40,368 bases of DNA from Candidatus Gottesmanbacteria bacterium RIFCSPHIGHO2_02_FULL_40_13 (GCA_001779235.1 MFJN01000009.1:1-40368), one strand, 5' to 3'. Shown: positions 8,143 through 16,142, counted from the first letter of the stretch. The notes: generated from the sequence alone by a model not told the origin. Numbers and translations: made by a program.

Positions 8143-9326
8143 AAGGAAGAAATTTTATTTATTAAGGTATGATCATTATTAAATCCAATCAGAACTTTCA
8201 AATCATCATCGTTAACTTCTTTTTTCAGGTCTGCAAAATTTAAAAATTCTTTATAAAAAATGTCCAGTTTGTTTTTTGTCAAATCAACCCCCAAATTATT
8301 TAACCTGTGTTTTAGCGCTGCTCTTCCGCTTCTGGCTGTCAAAACAATTTTAGATGTATCCAGTCCGATGACTTTAGGGTCAATTATTTCGTAATTTTCC
8401 CGTCTTTTGATCACACCGTCCTGATGAATTCCTGAAGAATGAGCGAAGGCGTTCCCTCCGACAATTGCTTTATTCGGCTGCACCGGAATTCCCATGATTT
8501 CTGAGACCATCCGGCTGGTTTTATAAATTTCAAGCGTGTTTACTTGAGTATAAAAGGGCAAAGAATTGGCATAGGTATGGATGGCCATAACAACTTCTTC
8601 CAGAGAAGTGTTGCCGGCTCTTTCACCGATTCCATTAATGGTGACCTCGACCTGTTGAGCTCCGTTCATGATTCCTTGAATGGTATTTGCTGTTGCCAAA
8701 CCAAGATCGTTATGACAATGTACAGAGACACGTGCTTTGTGGATGTTGGGGACATTCTCAAATAAATACTTTATTTTTACGCCCCAGTCTTCCGGTAAAC
8801 AGTAACCGGTGGTATCCGGTATATTTACCACAGTCGCACCTGCTTTTATCGCTTCTGTAATCATTAAGACCAGAAATTGCTTATCGGCTCGTCCTGCATC
8901 TTCGGCATAAAATTCAACATCGTCAACATATTTCTTGGCGTATTTTACTGCGTTTACTGCCCTTTTTAAGATTTTTTCCCGGGTGGAATTAAATTTATAT
9001 TTTATGTGTATGTCCGATGCTCCGATTCCTGTATGAATTCTAGGGTATTTAGCGTGTTTTATAGCCTCATATGCGCAATCAATATCCCGTTTTAGAGCGC
9101 GGGTAAGTCCGCAAACAATACAGTTTTTTACTGTGCTTGCCACTTTTTCGACTGATTTAAAATCTCCCGGTGATGAAATCGGGAAACCGGCTTCTATAAC
9201 ATCCACGCCAAGTTTTTCCAGTTGTTTGGCCAATTCTACTTTCTGATCAGTATTTAGTTTTGCTCCGGGTGATTGTTCACCATCCCGCAAAGTGGTATCA
9301 AAGATGTGTATTCTTTTTTTAGACAT
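8139..9326 (-). CDS. leuA: 2-isopropylmalate synthase, short form without the C-terminal LeuA-dimer/regulatory domain
   Basis: [26 protein letters not shown] and GIGERAGN (HMGL-like TIM barrel). Ends at 395 aa just after the linker. Its stop overlaps the leuC start by 4 nt. AAGGAGGA SD 9 nt upstream of the ATG. Confidence 0.9.
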   Translation of the reverse strand: MSKKRIHIFDTTLRDGEQSPGAKLNTDQKVELAKQLEKLGVDVIEAGFPISSPGDFKSVEKVASTVKNCIVCGLTRALKRDIDCAYEAIKHAKYPRIHTGIGASDIHIKYKFNSTREKILKRAVNAVKYAKKYVDDVEFYAEDAGRADKQFLVLMITEAIKAGATVVNIPDTTGYCLPEDWGVKIKYLFENVPNIHKARVSVHCHNDLGLATANTIQGIMNGAQQVEVTINGIGERAGNTSLEEVVMAIHTYANSLPFYTQVNTLEIYKTSRMVSEIMGIPVQPNKAIVGGNAFAHSSGIHQDGVIKRRENYEIIDPKVIGLDTSKIVLTARSGRAALKHRLNNLGVDLTKNKLDIFYKEFLNFADLKKEVNDDDLKVLIGFNNDHTLINKISSL

Positions 9327-9344
9327 ATTGACTTGATCCTCCTT

Positions 9345-9455
9345 CGCTCAAATTCATCTCGTGGTTTACATCCACGCAGACGAAATTTCGCTTCGGCGGA
9401 TTATGCATCTCTACGCCTTTCCTTCGTCGCTTTGCTCCTCAGGATCGGTTAGAGC
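9345..9455. repeat. GC-rich repeat-family copy between the leu attenuator terminator and the leuA ribosome-binding site
   Basis: Locally GC-rich. CCTTCGCTC / CCTTCGTCGCT direct repeats, CGAAATTTCG palindrome, CGC-TTCG-GCG hairpin. The terminal GCTCCTCAGGATC resembles the CCTGAG arm of the other copies. Confidence 0.45.
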
Positions 9456-9460
9456 TGCAT

Positions 9461-9490
9461 AAAAAAATCTCTCTTGGTTCAAGAGAGATT
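9461..9490 (-). terminator. Intrinsic terminator (attenuator) in the leu operon leader
   Basis: Minus strand reads AATCTCTCTT-GAACC-AAGAGAGATT followed by TTTTTAT: a perfect 10-bp stem, 5-nt loop and U-run. It lies downstream of the leader ORF and upstream of leuA, with no minus-strand gene upstream for it to terminate. Confidence 0.7.
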
Positions 9491-9520
9491 ATTGGTTAAT
9501 TTGTTAATTGGATTATTGGT

Positions 9521-9610
9521 CTATTGGGCTGTTCTTGATACTCTCTCAAACCACGCTAACTCCTCCCCAAGGAGGAGAAGGGCGAGATTTAAAAAAGAGT
9601 ACCTTCTCAT
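9521..9610 (-). CDS. Leucine-rich leader peptide of the leu operon (29 aa: MRRYSFLNLALLLLGEELAWFERVSRTAQ)
   Basis: ATG at 9610 and TAG at 9521-9523. Contains 7 Leu codons, including four consecutive (CTT CTC CTC CTT). These form the 5' arm of a CTCCTCC-TTGG-GGAGGAG hairpin (9560-9577). Followed about 30 nt later by the terminator. Confidence 0.65.
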   Translation of the reverse strand: MRRYSFLNLALLLLGEELAWFERVSRTAQ

Positions 9611-9620
9611 AGTTATGATG

Positions 9621-9649
9621 ATTTTATCTTTTATTGAATTTTTTGTCAA
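9621..9649 (-). promoter_or_regulatory. Sigma70-like promoter for the leu leader and operon: TTGACA, 17-nt spacer, TAAAAT
   Basis: On the minus strand, TTGACA is the reverse complement of 9644-9649 and TAAAAT of 9621-9626. The leader ATG lies 10 nt after the -10 box. Confidence 0.55.
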
Positions 9650-9663
9650 TCTTGTGTTACAAT
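9634..9663 (+). promoter_or_regulatory. Possible divergent promoter for the methyltransferase/cutA genes: TTGAAT, 18-nt spacer, TACAAT
   Basis: Hexamers at 9634-9639 and 9658-9663, overlapping the minus-strand leu promoter back to back. Confidence 0.35.
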
Positions 9664-9681
9664 GTCTTGTAGCCGCTTTCT

Positions 9682-10308
9682 ATGCGACTCTCCAAAATAA
9701 AATTATTCGATTATTTTTATAAAGCATACCACGCGTGGCCTCTTATTTATTCAAATCTTATTCAGCTTTTATCTTTTGGCCAATGGGAGCAGTGGCAGCA
9801 ACGGGTTTTTGATGATATTTCAGGACATAAAATACTGGAAATAGGAGTAGGACCCGGCAAATTATTATTAAAACTGGTTCAAAAAGGGTATGACATTACA
9901 GGTATAGAGCTTCGTCGAGGCATGGCCTTTGAGGCTAGGCGAAGATTAAAAAGAGCCGGTTATCTCTCACAAATCTTACAGCAGAATATAGAAAAACTCC
10001 CTTTTGACAATGAAATATTTGACTGTATAGTTCTGACTTTCGTACTGGCAGAAATAACTCATCTTGAAAAAGCAATTTTGGAGATGAAAAGAGTGCTGAA
10101 AACAAACGGCAAAGTTATCATTATTGCAGGGGGTATTCCGCAGGACAATAATCTGATCGCAAGAATTCTCTTTCGGTTAGTTTCCCCGCATACTACTTTA
10201 CATCTCCAAAGAAATAACATGCAGTATTTTCACTCAGCCGGTTTTGAGGTAAAAAGAACAGATTTTGGTCCCTTCAACATCGTCAATAAAATCGTAGCTG
10301 TCAAATGA
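9682..10308 (+). CDS. Class I SAM-dependent methyltransferase
   Basis: Motif I ILEIGVGPGK. Acidic post-I and motif II/III pattern (DCIVLTFVL, LKTNGKVII). Confidence 0.8.
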   Translation: MRLSKIKLFDYFYKAYHAWPLIYSNLIQLLSFGQWEQWQQRVFDDISGHKILEIGVGPGKLLLKLVQKGYDITGIELRRGMAFEARRRLKRAGYLSQILQQNIEKLPFDNEIFDCIVLTFVLAEITHLEKAILEMKRVLKTNGKVIIIAGGIPQDNNLIARILFRLVSPHTTLHLQRNNMQYFHSAGFEVKRTDFGPFNIVNKIVAVK

Positions 10309-10616
10309 AGTGCATTTATGTTCCCTGCAAAGATCTAAGTGAAGCGGAGAAGATTTCTCTCGATTTACTCGAAAAGAAACTGGTTATCTGCGTCAACATC
10401 TTTCCTCAGGTTCGCAGTCTCTATCTTTGGAAGAAAAAAATCGAAAAATCCGATGAAACGTTATTTATCGCTAAAACAAAAAATAATCTGGTTAATAAAG
10501 CTGTTAACAGGATTAAACAAACTCATTCATACGAAACTCCGGAAATATTGATCTTATCGGCAGAAATCAGATCCAAAAGAATTACAGATTGGGTTAATGA
10601 GGAACTGGGGGAGTAA
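10305..10616 (+). CDS. cutA: Divalent-cation tolerance protein CutA
   Basis: About 100 aa. CVNIFPQVRSLYLWKKKIE...ETLFIAKT...HSYETPEILIL...WV matches the CutA1 pattern. 4-nt overlap with the upstream gene. Confidence 0.85.
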   Translation: MKCIYVPCKDLSEAEKISLDLLEKKLVICVNIFPQVRSLYLWKKKIEKSDETLFIAKTKNNLVNKAVNRIKQTHSYETPEILILSAEIRSKRITDWVNEELGE

Positions 10617-10621
10617 TCCCC

Positions 10622-10655
10622 AAGAAAAACCCCGCCAGAGGCGGGGTTTCTTCGT
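10622..10655. terminator. Bidirectional intrinsic terminator between cutA (+) and the DUF5679 gene (-)
   Basis: AAAAA-CCCCGCC-AGA-GGCGGGG-TTTCTT. GC stem at 10630-10646, flanked by an A-run and a T-run, so it can work on both strands. Confidence 0.7.
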
Positions 10656-10676
10656 TAAAAAATTCTTAAACGAACA

Positions 10677-10817
10677 TTATCCTCCGATTTTATACATTCC
10701 GGTACCGCAAGTCGGACACTTTCCTTTCAAGGCCGGTTTACCGTTTTTCATTGTTACTTTCACTGCATTTGGGTCGTCTCTCTTGGCGCGACATTTTACA
10801 CAATACATTTCTGCCAT
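10677..10817 (-). CDS. Small zinc-ribbon protein, DUF5679-like (46 aa, below the ORF-track cutoff)
   Basis: Minus strand GGGAGGTGACAATAAAA-ATG. Encodes MAEMYCVKCRAKRDDPNAVKVTMKNGKPALKGKCPTCGTGMYKIGG with CxxC...CxxC. Strong SD. Followed by the terminator at 10622-10655. Confidence 0.8.
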   Translation of the reverse strand: MAEMYCVKCRAKRDDPNAVKVTMKNGKPALKGKCPTCGTGMYKIGG

Positions 10818-10907
10818 TTTTATTGTCACCTCCCTTCAATAAAATTATTTTTTAGGCAGCGTTCATTACTAACTTGAACAGTGTGACGCTGCACAAAGGA
10901 GCACAAT

Positions 10908-10933
10908 CTAAATAATATGGACATATTATTTAG
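10908..10933. repeat. Perfect 26-nt AT-rich palindrome just downstream of the 94-aa gene
   Basis: CTAAATAATATG-GA-CATATTATTTAG, with 12-nt arms that are exact reverse complements. Confidence 0.5.
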
Positions 10934-10943
10934 AAGTGTCTCT

Positions 10944-11228
10944 TTAGCTTCCTTTAAGAACAAAATATATCACACCCTGCAGGCTGATTGCAAGGAAAGT
11001 AAATAAACTTATTCTTTTTAGATCTTTTTTAACATAACTATATTCGCTGTTGTCTGATACTGATTTGACTGACGGAACGCTCTGTTGATTAAATGTATAT
11101 TTCAATAATCCGTTAGTTTTTGAATCAATCTGAGGTAGATGATTTTGATGCTTGACAGGTTGAAAACCTAGAAGTTTTTGCCGGTGTTTTTCCGCCAGTA
11201 ATTTTTGCCTTTTAGTTTTTTTTGGCAT
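10944..11228 (-). CDS. Hypothetical small protein: basic N-terminus, one C-terminal TM helix
   Basis: 94-aa ORF. MPKKTKRQKLLAEKHRQKL, then a hydrophobic ISLFTFLAISLQGVIYFVL tail. No recognisable family. Confidence 0.5.
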   Translation of the reverse strand: MPKKTKRQKLLAEKHRQKLLGFQPVKHQNHLPQIDSKTNGLLKYTFNQQSVPSVKSVSDNSEYSYVKKDLKRISLFTFLAISLQGVIYFVLKGS

Positions 11229-11258
11229 AGGTATTCAAGCGTGAGTGAGCTTAACATA

Positions 11259-11287
11259 TTGACAGTTTCTTGTAAAGTGAGTACAAT
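11259..11287 (+). promoter_or_regulatory. Near-consensus sigma70 promoter: TTGACA, 17-nt spacer, TACAAT
   Basis: TTGACA at 11259-11264 and TACAAT at 11282-11287, about 50 nt upstream of the DUF4446 gene. Confidence 0.6.
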
Positions 11288-11337
11288 CTCGAATACATAG
11301 TTTACTCATTTCAACTAATAACTATTGATATATAATA

Positions 11338-11817
11338 ATGAATAATTTTTATATCATACTTGATATTATTTTATTCATATGGACGATCGGATTGACGGTA
11401 TATCTGATAAAGTTAAACTCTCATTATCAGGGATTGATGAAAGGTCATAGTAATGGTAATTTGACTCAGGTTCTAAATCAGATAACAAAAGAAGTAACGT
11501 TGGATCGTAAAAATATTGAACAGTTAAAGGAAAGTGTTGCAGGATTTTCTGAAGACGTCATAAGTCATATTCAAAACGTAGGGATTCTCAGGTTTAATCC
11601 CTTTGCAGATACAGGAGGAGATCAGAGTTTTATTTTGGCTATACTTGATGGGAATGACAGCGGAATAGTTCTTACATCACTTCATAGTCGGGGCACAACC
11701 CGGTGGTATGCTAAAAACGTCAGATCAGGAAAAGGAGTGGACCATGAATTATCAGAGGATGAGTTGAAGGCAATCAGAAAAACAGTTGGAATTAAATATA
11801 AAAAAACTGATAACTAA
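11338..11817 (+). CDS. DUF4446-family membrane-anchored protein
   Basis: N-terminal TM helix. LRFNPFADTGGDQSFILAILDGNDSGIVLTSLHSRGTTRWYAK...LSEDELKAI matches the recalled DUF4446 core. Confidence 0.7.
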   Translation: MNNFYIILDIILFIWTIGLTVYLIKLNSHYQGLMKGHSNGNLTQVLNQITKEVTLDRKNIEQLKESVAGFSEDVISHIQNVGILRFNPFADTGGDQSFILAILDGNDSGIVLTSLHSRGTTRWYAKNVRSGKGVDHELSEDELKAIRKTVGIKYKKTDN

Positions 11818-11834
11818 AACATTAAAATTTATTT

Positions 11835-13010
11835 ATGAAAAATAAGCTTATTCCAATTCTTGCCGGACTAGGGTTATATTTTCTATCTACGGGAATGTCA
11901 TATGCAGTTTTTAATAATCTATCCTTGAAACCATCAAATAATGAAATAACCTCTCCTCTGGGAAAAATTTCTCCGGCTGAAAAAGTAAAAAACAAAGTTG
12001 ATCCATCTATACCTCGGGATGAAGTCTGTCCTTTGAATGGTGTCATGTATACCAGGAAAGAAAAAGATATCTGGGAAACGCGCAGGCCTTTAGCAGTCAT
12101 GATAGAAAACAGTGAGGAGGCAAGACCTCAATCAGGTTTATCCAGAGCAGATATTGTCTATGAAGCACTGGCCGAGGGTTGGATTACAAGACTAATGGGA
12201 GTTTTCTATTGCAATACTCCACTCGAAAATATAACGTTTGCTCCGGTCAGATCGGCCCGAACATATTATGTCGATTGGGTATCAGAATATGATGCTTTAT
12301 ATAATCATGTAGGAGGAGCAGGAAGATGTGCGGATGATACTGTTGATGACCGTGCGAAAGCGCTGTGTCAGATTTACAGATACGGCATAAAAGATTTAGA
12401 CCAGTTTGGTATTGGTTTTCCGGATTGTTACAGAAATCCTGACAGGTTAGATCATCCGGTAGCAACAGAACATACCATGGTTTGTTTTTCGGACAATCTT
12501 TTTAAAATAGCAGACAAAAGAGGCTGGGCTAATCCGGATGAAAACGGGATATCCTGGGACAAAAATTTCAAGCAGTGGTCGTTTAAAGATGATGCCGATA
12601 AAATAGAACAGGGGAATACTCAAAATATAAAAATTGTTTTTGCGGAAGGGTATGACAGATATGACGTGGAATGGGATTACGATCAGGTATCAAATACCTA
12701 TAAACGTAAAAATGGAGGCGTAGCGCAAATAGATCTGGAAACACAGGAACAACTCGCAGTCAAAAATGTGGTAGTACAACTTACTAAACTCACCGGTCCC
12801 GTTGATGAGCATGGTCACTTTTTATATGCCACCATAGGTTCAGGGAAGGCTATTATCTTTCAGGACGGCAAGACGATGGTTGGGACCTGGAGTAAAAAAA
12901 GCAGAATTGGCCGGACAGCCTATTTCGATTCTCTGGGTAAAGAAATAAAATTCACCAGAGGTTTAATTTGGATAGAATTAATACCAAGGGAACAGCAGCT
13001 GACGTATTAA
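11835..13010 (+). CDS. DUF3048-family (YerB-like) secreted or lipoprotein
   Basis: Signal or anchor segment. RPLAVMIENSEEARPQSGLSRADIVYEALAEGWITRLMGVFY is the DUF3048 N-domain signature. Confidence 0.8.
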   Translation: MKNKLIPILAGLGLYFLSTGMSYAVFNNLSLKPSNNEITSPLGKISPAEKVKNKVDPSIPRDEVCPLNGVMYTRKEKDIWETRRPLAVMIENSEEARPQSGLSRADIVYEALAEGWITRLMGVFYCNTPLENITFAPVRSARTYYVDWVSEYDALYNHVGGAGRCADDTVDDRAKALCQIYRYGIKDLDQFGIGFPDCYRNPDRLDHPVATEHTMVCFSDNLFKIADKRGWANPDENGISWDKNFKQWSFKDDADKIEQGNTQNIKIVFAEGYDRYDVEWDYDQVSNTYKRKNGGVAQIDLETQEQLAVKNVVVQLTKLTGPVDEHGHFLYATIGSGKAIIFQDGKTMVGTWSKKSRIGRTAYFDSLGKEIKFTRGLIWIELIPREQQLTY

Positions 13011-13118
13011 AAAATTTTATGATTTAACCTGCCCCAATCCATAAAGACGGATATGGGGACAAATATAATAAAGATATTACCTTGTCCCGGATTGCAATAA
13101 TTAAGAGGAGGGATAAAT

Positions 13119-13694
13119 ATGTTGCATGATTTAATTATTTCCCGCGTCCGGGTAAAAATATTACAGCTTTTTTTTCTGAATTCTGCCAAAATTCACCACG
13201 TTAGGGCTATTGTTCGGCTTGTGGGAGAAGAAATTAACGCTGTCCGCCGTGAGCTGGCTCATTTAGAAAAATCAGGTCTTTTATCCAAGGAAAGAAGGGC
13301 CAACAGACTCTATTACGGTCTTCGTAAAGATTACCCTTTGTATTATGATCTGATGGATTTAATTGTAAAAACTTCAGCGCTCGGAGGGGATATATTAAAA
13401 AATAAGGTAAAGCTTGGAAAAGTTAAGTATGTGATGATATCCGGAAAATATGCCAGAAATAAAAATAGAGCTGTTAATGATGTGGATTTATTAATGGTAG
13501 GTAAAGTCGTCATACCAGAATTAAGTCAACTAATCCGGGCTGAGGAAGTAAGACGCGAAAGGGAAATAAATTATACAGTCATGAGCGAGGAAGAGTTTGA
13601 GTTTCGGAAAAAAAGAAGAGATCCCTTCGTAATGGATATTCTTAAAGGATCAAGGATTATGATTATTGGGGACGAAGAAGAATTAATCGGTTAA
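13119..13694 (+). CDS. Winged-helix (ArsR-like) DNA-binding protein with a C-terminal nucleotidyltransferase-like remnant
   Basis: RVKILQLFFLN...VRAIVRLVGEEINAVRRELAHLEKSGLL...RLYYGL (wHTH). C-terminal half has VNDVDLLMVGK. Strong SD (GAGGAGGG). Confidence 0.65.
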   Translation: MLHDLIISRVRVKILQLFFLNSAKIHHVRAIVRLVGEEINAVRRELAHLEKSGLLSKERRANRLYYGLRKDYPLYYDLMDLIVKTSALGGDILKNKVKLGKVKYVMISGKYARNKNRAVNDVDLLMVGKVVIPELSQLIRAEEVRREREINYTVMSEEEFEFRKKRRDPFVMDILKGSRIMIIGDEEELIG

Positions 13695-13892
13695 ATGTCA
13701 CTTATCATGAAAAAGATAATCCGGGCAGGTAAACACAGTCTGGCGGTGATAATACCCGCTGATTTTGCTCATTCTTTAGGAGTAAAATCCGGAGACAGCG
13801 TCAAGGTGACGACATCCCTGGATAAAGGATTCATGTCTGTCTTTTTCTCCGGGGCAGTACAATTAAAACTCCCGTCCTCTTCTAATAAATAA
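13695..13892 (+). CDS. AbrB/SpoVT (MazE-like) swapped-hairpin DNA-binding protein
   Basis: KHSLAVIIPADFAHSLGVKSGDSVKV is a typical SpoVT-AbrB core. Starts on the nucleotide immediately after the upstream stop. Confidence 0.7.
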   Translation: MSLIMKKIIRAGKHSLAVIIPADFAHSLGVKSGDSVKVTTSLDKGFMSVFFSGAVQLKLPSSSNK

Positions 13893-13900
13893 AAAAACAT

Positions 13901-15232
13901 ATGTTTGGCAAAAGAAAAATATTTTGGTTTATTATTGCCCTAACGATCATGGTAGCAATAGTAGATTTACCAAAAGATTACCCATTGAAATTTCGTCTTG
14001 GCCAAATTAATTTCGACAGAACCATCAGTTCTCCCAAAATTAACATAAATATCGGCAATTTTGCTGTAAATAAAGATATAGACGTTCAATTTGGTCTTGA
14101 TCTTGCCGGAGGGACTCATCTGGTTCTGGAGGCAGATATGAGCAAAGTAGAGAAGGCAGACCGTGTTAAAGCTTATGATTCTGCTAAAAATATAGTCGAA
14201 CGAAGAATTAATTTATACGGGTTAAGTGAGCCGGTAATTCAACAGTCAAAAGTGGGCGATTCATACAGAATACTGGTAGAAATTCCGGGAGTGTCAAATA
14301 TTGATCAGGCGATTGAGTTGATAGGCAAAACAGCCCAATTATCTTTTTTTGAAGAAGCAACAAAGTCGGCCAATGAGGCGACTCCTTCCTCGCTTGCGGA
14401 AATCTGGCCGATTCTCACCTCTTTGACCGGAAAAAATTTGAAAAAGGCTGAGGTGACTTTTGAACCCAATACAGGAGAGCCGCAAGTATCTTTGGAATTT
14501 GACAGCGACGGAGCTAAAATGTTTGAAGATATTACAACCCGCAATGTAGGTAAGACCGTAGCAATATTTTTAGATAACCAACTCTTATCAGCTCCAAAAG
14601 TTAATGAATCTATCACAGGAGGAAAAGCGTCGATCACGGGTAAATTTTCCCTTGATGAAGCAAAAAGATTAGCCATATCCCTGAACGCGGGCGCTTTACC
14701 TGTTCCATTAAAGGTAATAGAACAGCGTAATGTCGGCGCAACTCTCGGTCAGCAGTCGATAGAGAGGAGTGTTTTGGCTGGTATGGTAGGTTTTCTGATT
14801 ATTGCGGTTTTTATGATCGTTAATTACGGTTTATTAGGCGTCATTGCCGATACAGCCCTGATTATTTATGCTTTGATCGTTTTTGCTATTTTTAAGCTTG
14901 TTCCTGTAACTTTGACTCTAGCCGGTATTGCCGGATTTATACTGTCGATTGGTATGGCAGTTGACGCAAATATTCTTATTTTTGAAAGGATGAAGGAAGA
15001 AATAAGATGGGGTAAAGATTATCTGGTGGCCTTGAAACTTGGTTTTGACAGGGCTTTTCCCTCAATTCGTGATTCCAATATTTCATCACTCATCACTTGT
15101 GGAATTTTATACTGGTTCGGTACGGGCATAGTGAGGGGTTTTGCTTTGACCCTGGCAATAGGAATTGTGGTATCTCTGTTTAGTGCAATAACTATTACCC
15201 GTAATTTACTCAATCTGATTTATAAGGAATAA
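13901..15232 (+). CDS. secD: Protein translocase subunit SecD
   Basis: LGLDLAGGTHLVLEAD, SEPVIQQ and GALPVPLKVIEQRNVGATLG, with C-terminal 6-TM RND-like motifs. Confidence 0.9.
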   Translation: MFGKRKIFWFIIALTIMVAIVDLPKDYPLKFRLGQINFDRTISSPKININIGNFAVNKDIDVQFGLDLAGGTHLVLEADMSKVEKADRVKAYDSAKNIVERRINLYGLSEPVIQQSKVGDSYRILVEIPGVSNIDQAIELIGKTAQLSFFEEATKSANEATPSSLAEIWPILTSLTGKNLKKAEVTFEPNTGEPQVSLEFDSDGAKMFEDITTRNVGKTVAIFLDNQLLSAPKVNESITGGKASITGKFSLDEAKRLAISLNAGALPVPLKVIEQRNVGATLGQQSIERSVLAGMVGFLIIAVFMIVNYGLLGVIADTALIIYALIVFAIFKLVPVTLTLAGIAGFILSIGMAVDANILIFERMKEEIRWGKDYLVALKLGFDRAFPSIRDSNISSLITCGILYWFGTGIVRGFALTLAIGIVVSLFSAITITRNLLNLIYKE

Positions 15233-15233
15233 T

Positions 15234-16142
15234 ATGATCGATATTATCGGAAAAAAATGGTGGTTTCTGATTTTTTCAGCAGTTATCATCATACCAGGAT
15301 TGATTTCGTTAATACTCTGGGGAATAAGGCCTGCGATAGATTTTACGGGAGGAACCCTTCTTGAGTTTCAATTTCTAAATAAAGAAACCAAAATTGAGAA
15401 CAGTGATTTGCGAAGGGAACTGGAAAAAGAAGAATTAGAGATTGGGAGTATTCAACAATCCGGAGAAAATACTTTTTTAGTCAGGCTGAAATCTTTGGAA
15501 AAAGATAAAAGCCTGAAATTATTTTCAGGTTTCTCTGCAACCTATGGCGAAATAAAACAAATCCGCAGCGAGACGGTAGGTCCACTTATTGGCCAAGAAA
15601 CCGCTCAAAATTCCCTGAAAGCTATTGTTGTTGCCTCAATCGCCATTATTATTTATGTAGCTTTAGCATTCAGGCATATTCCAAAACCTTACTCATCATG
15701 GAGGTTTGGAATTTGTGCTGTGTTCGCTTTAATACATGATATTTTAGTGGTAGTAGGAATATTTTCCATTCTTGGACATTTTTATAAGGTCGAGATAGAT
15801 AGTTTATTTATCACTGCCCTTTTGACGGTCATGGGATTTTCGGTGCATGATTCAATCGTTGTTTTTGACAGAATTAGGGAGAATCTGATACATCTAACCG
15901 GCAAAGAATTTTCCCAGATCGTCAATGAATCAATTGTACAAACTCTTGCCCGATCTTTGTCTACCTCGATGACGGTAATTTTGACTCTGGTAGCTTTATT
16001 ACTCTTTGGCGGTGAATCTACAAGGTGGTTTATAGCTGCACTTCTGATTGGTATTATCTCCGGTACCTATTCTTCGATATTTAACGCCGCACCACTTCTC
16101 GTTATTTGGGAAGAACGGTCGAGGAAGAAAAGAAAGCTTTAA
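15234..16142 (+). CDS. secF: Protein translocase subunit SecF
   Basis: IDFTGGT, HDILVVVGIFS, VMGFSVHDSIVVFDRIREN. Starts 1 nt after secD. Confidence 0.9.
   Translation: MIDIIGKKWWFLIFSAVIIIPGLISLILWGIRPAIDFTGGTLLEFQFLNKETKIENSDLRRELEKEELEIGSIQQSGENTFLVRLKSLEKDKSLKLFSGFSATYGEIKQIRSETVGPLIGQETAQNSLKAIVVASIAIIIYVALAFRHIPKPYSSWRFGICAVFALIHDILVVVGIFSILGHFYKVEIDSLFITALLTVMGFSVHDSIVVFDRIRENLIHLTGKEFSQIVNESIVQTLARSLSTSMTVILTLVALLLFGGESTRWFIAALLIGIISGTYSSIFNAAPLLVIWEERSRKKRKL

Noticed and set aside
9491-9620. T-box riboswitch as the leu leader
   Set aside because: I could not find the conserved T-box sequence (…GGGUGGUACCGCG-like) or the Stem I AGAGA/GNUGGA features. The Leu-run mini-ORF plus terminator explains the region better.
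9474-9722. 82-aa + strand ORF across the leuA upstream region
   Set aside because: It runs antisense through the leu promoter, leader peptide and terminator, and has no RBS. The region is better explained as regulatory.
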